A stretch of DNA of 47,840 nt. Origin: Opitutales bacterium. Lineage in GTDB: Bacteria > Verrucomicrobiota > Verrucomicrobiia > Opitutales > Cerasicoccaceae. The DNA lies in the NCBI GenBank assembly GCA_050331415.1, contig JBHJGW010000106.1, positions 1-47,840 of the forward strand, in the 5' to 3' direction. How positions within the stretch are numbered: position 1 is the stretch's first letter; every line of letters begins with the position of its first letter. Positions 45,418-47,840 of the stretch are shown in pieces. The translations under genes and the position numbers were made by a program. The notes under the pieces are model-generated. The model made no database searches. It was not told where the DNA came from and saw only the letters and a list, made by a program, of their open reading frames with translations.

Positions 45418-46314
45418 ATGCATCGACCTTTCCTTTTCTTCATCGCCTGCCTTTCCCTTGCCGGCACTCTGTCCGCAAACGAGCCCATCAGCTTCGTCGT
45501 CTCGATCCCGCCCCTGAAGTGGTTTGTCGAGCAAATGATCCCGGAGGCGGATGTCGCCGTGCTGCTCGACGAAGGCGCCGACCCGCACACCTTTGCCCCC
45601 AGCCCCTCGCAAGTGCGAGCGCTGCACCGTGCAGATGTTTGGGTGACAGCGGGCCTGCCGTTCGAGCGTGCATTGCAGCGGGCGCTCCACGACACGAAAG
45701 GCCCTCTGATCGTCGCTCCAGACGCCATTGCTGAACATGATCACGAGTCCCATGAGGCGCATGAAGAACATGAGGAGCATCAGCACGAAGATCCGCACTG
45801 GTGGCTCGGGTTTCACTCCCACTTGCCGGTCGACCTTGCCCTTGCGCACCGTCGTTTCGTCAACGTCCCCGAAAACCACGGAGGCAACGTGGCGCCCGGA
45901 GCGGTTGAGCGGACGCGCGAGCTGCTACAGCTCGAGGCGGCTCTGCGAAACGAACTGGTATCACTCCTGGCCCCTCACGAAGGCCGTGCGTTTTTCGTCC
46001 TGCACCCGGCCTTTGGGCACTTCGCAGAAGCTTTCGGCCTTCGGCAGATGGCGGTCGAGGTCGAAGGGCGGGCACCGTCGCCACGTCAGTTGCGCAACAT
46101 CCTCGAACAGATGCGTTCCGAGGGGGCGACCACGCTCTTCGTCCAGCCACAAGGCAACCGGGCCGCGGCGGAGGCCATTGCCCGCGCTGCTGACGTCGAA
46201 CTCGTCGAAATCAACCCCTTGCGGGAAAATTGGCCGGTGATGATGCGCGAAATCGGGGAAGCGCTGGCGCGTTCGTTTGAACGCTCATCCAAAATAACGC
46301 GTCAAGCGCGTTGA
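45418..46314 (+). CDS. znuA: Zinc ABC transporter substrate-binding protein (ZnuA-like) with a His-rich loop
   Basis: Signal peptide MHRPFLFFIACLSLAGTLSA. Cluster-9 SBP fold. Loop HDHESHEAHEEHEEHQHEDPH. Start at ATG 45418. Confidence 0.85.
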   Translation: MHRPFLFFIACLSLAGTLSANEPISFVVSIPPLKWFVEQMIPEADVAVLLDEGADPHTFAPSPSQVRALHRADVWVTAGLPFERALQRALHDTKGPLIVAPDAIAEHDHESHEAHEEHEEHQHEDPHWWLGFHSHLPVDLALAHRRFVNVPENHGGNVAPGAVERTRELLQLEAALRNELVSLLAPHEGRAFFVLHPAFGHFAEAFGLRQMAVEVEGRAPSPRQLRNILEQMRSEGATTLFVQPQGNRAAAEAIARAADVELVEINPLRENWPVMMREIGEALARSFERSSKITRQAR

Positions 46315-46355
46315 ACTCATCGCGTGCTTTTCCGCGCGCGCATCTGTCGTTGCCC

Positions 46356-47066
46356 ATGCCTGAAACGGTCCTGAGATTCCATGACGTCAGCTTCCGCTAC
46401 GCTGGTGGAATTGAAGCGCTGCACGGAGTTTCGTTCGAACTTTTTGCCGGGCAACGCGTCAGCATTGTAGGTCCCAACGGCGGCGGTAAATCGACCCTTT
46501 TGAAGCTCGCGCTGGGCCTGCTTCAGCCAAGCCGTGGCGACATCGAAACCTGCGGTCACCCCCCGCACGTCGGTTGCACGTTGATCGGTTACCTGCCCCA
46601 GCACACGGTCTCGCCCTCGATGCCGGCGCGCGTGGCCGACGTCGTCCGCATGGGCCTGCTGAAGGTGAACAAAGCCCCTCGCGAAGCGGTCCATCGCGCC
46701 CTCGAAAGCGTCAACGCTGCCGACCTTTCCCACCGCCCTTTCGCAGCTCTCTCAGGTGGGCAGCGCCAACGCGTGCTGCTTGCCCGGGCGCTGGTGGACA
46801 GCCCTCGTGTACTCTTCCTCGACGAGCCAGTGGCGCACCTCGACCCCGAGGCGGCCAACCACTTCCGCGAATTGATGCGCGGCCTCGACCGGGAATTAAC
46901 GGTGGTCACCGTGACCCACGACCTGACGTTCGTCGAGGCCGATACCGAGCTCGCACTCTGCGTAAACCGCACCGTCCATCTCCACCCGACCGAGCAACTG
47001 GGCGCCGGCATCGCCCACGTTTTCGAGTCGCCCGTGGCGCGCGTCCGACATGATGAAGAACTCTGA
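46356..47066 (+). CDS. znuC: Zinc ABC transporter ATP-binding protein (ZnuC-like)
   Basis: Walker A GPNGGGKSTLLK. Signature LSGGQRQRVLLARA. Walker B LFLDEP. VTHD. Confidence 0.85.
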   Translation: MPETVLRFHDVSFRYAGGIEALHGVSFELFAGQRVSIVGPNGGGKSTLLKLALGLLQPSRGDIETCGHPPHVGCTLIGYLPQHTVSPSMPARVADVVRMGLLKVNKAPREAVHRALESVNAADLSHRPFAALSGGQRQRVLLARALVDSPRVLFLDEPVAHLDPEAANHFRELMRGLDRELTVVTVTHDLTFVEADTELALCVNRTVHLHPTEQLGAGIAHVFESPVARVRHDEEL

Positions 47067-47164
47067 CCCGGCACGTGTTTGGACGCCCTTGGTCATTCAT
47101 CGTTTGACTCAAGCTCTGATGCCAGCTTTCTCACCCCTTCTGCCTCACCTCTCGTCTCTCTTAA

Positions 47165-47461
47165 ATGAAGCCTTCCGTTACAATTGACTATTGTCCCGGG
47201 TGCCGCTGGTTGCTGCGAGCGGCGTGGACGGCTCAGGAACTGCTGACTACATTCGAAACGGAGCTTAGTTCTGTTGCGCTGAGACCCTCGGAAGTCGGCG
47301 GTCAGTTTACCGTCTCGCTCGACGAGACATGCGTTTGGGACCGGAAAAACGAAGGGCGTTTCCCGGAGATGAAGGAGCTCAAACAGCTCATCCGTGATCG
47401 CGTCGCGCCCGACCGTCACCTCGGCCACAGTGACCGGGACGAGGCAAATCGCGAAGGGTGA
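47165..47461 (+). CDS. SelW/SelT/Rdx-family thioredoxin-fold protein (Cys variant, CPGC)
   Basis: VTIDYCPGCRWLLRAAW…GQFTVSLDETCVWDRKNEGRFPEMKELKQLIRDRV matches the Rdx family core (CxxC/U …GRFPE). Confidence 0.75.
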   Translation: MKPSVTIDYCPGCRWLLRAAWTAQELLTTFETELSSVALRPSEVGGQFTVSLDETCVWDRKNEGRFPEMKELKQLIRDRVAPDRHLGHSDRDEANREG

Positions 47462-47508
47462 GTATCGTGACGCGTGTAGCGAGTGTTGAGAACTACGGTT
47501 TTAACTGA

Positions 47509-47840
47509 ATGGGAGTCTTTCTTGAGGACCTTCTTGCGGCGGACTTTCCGTTTTTGCGGTACGCCTTGCTGATGGCGCTTCTGGCAAGCGTCAGCGTCGG
47601 CGCAACCGGCGCGATGGCCTCGGCGCAACGCGTCGGGTACCTCGTCGCGGCGATAGCCCATGCATCTTTGGCCGGCATTGCTGCCGTGCTCTGGCTTCAG
47701 GAGACAGCGGACTGGTCTGCACTCGACCCTGCGGCCGGCGCGCTTTTCGCGGCCCTCGGGGCCGCCGCCATTTTCGCCTGGATGCGCCGAAAGCGACCCG
47801 AAAACGCCGACGCGCTGATCGGCGCTGTGTGGTCGACGGG
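47509..47840 (+). CDS. znuB: Zinc ABC transporter permease (ZnuB-like), 5' partial (runs off the window)
   Basis: MGVFLEDLLAADFPFLRYALLMALLASVSVGATGA, then hydrophobic helices typical of ABC-3 permeases. Confidence 0.7.
   Translation, partial: MGVFLEDLLAADFPFLRYALLMALLASVSVGATGAMASAQRVGYLVAAIAHASLAGIAAVLWLQETADWSALDPAAGALFAALGAAAIFAWMRRKRPENADALIGAVWST

Noticed and set aside
1-47840. CRISPR arrays, IS elements, integrases, prophage genes
   Set aside because: No direct-repeat/spacer periodicity and no transposase, integrase or recombinase-like ORFs were seen anywhere in the window.

Overview
High-GC (~60-65%), gene-dense bacterial chromosomal segment, consistent with a Gram-negative of the Verrucomicrobia/Planctomycetes type (weak inference from content: sulfatase, RRM/RGG protein, exported Cys-rich proteins). 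No rRNA, tRNA, CRISPR, integrase or transposase was recognised. The ORF track calls GTG/TTG starts as M, so several starts were reassigned to the signal-peptide-bearing or homology-supported ATG. Ordered content: (1) a probable metal-uptake corner: a secreted TIGR03769-like surface protein, divergent from a TonB-dependent receptor, with a Fur/Zur-family regulator next to it; (2) a PmoA-like protein, an SDR oxidoreductase, a tRNA-dihydrouridine synthase and a membrane protein; (3) a sulfatase with a divergent LacI-type regulator, a FAH-family hydrolase, a DUF805 protein and a soluble FtsK/SpoIIIE translocase with a TTG start; (4) the most unusual locus: a YqiJ/NfeD-like protein, an SPFH/flotillin (YqiK-like), an N-terminal SHOCT membrane protein and a 1978-aa giant protein with a central AAA+ (AAA_5/MoxR/dynein-like) module, long coiled coils and about nine C-terminal 29-aa tandem repeats, apparently one operon from 15755 to 25015; (5) a MacAB/DevCAB-like ABC exporter (HlyD adaptor, ATPase, two FtsX permeases) bracketed by two Cys-rich exported proteins sharing a D-x-C-C-[EQ]-[DS]-x-E motif; (6) a MetH truncated exactly after the homocysteine-binding domain, with a degenerate in-frame remnant of the pterin domain; (7) an RRM protein with DFGDRPPRR repeats, pheS, an Opp/Dpp-type peptide ABC importer (SBP and two permeases, no ATPases), a membrane protein, a fasciclin protein; (8) the imuA-imuB mutagenesis pair without dnaE2 and a perfect 9-6-9 palindrome upstream (candidate LexA operator); (9) an SGNH hydrolase with Ig-like and CBM9-like domains; (10) a znuA-znuC-(SelW/Rdx)-znuB zinc uptake operon running off the window end.
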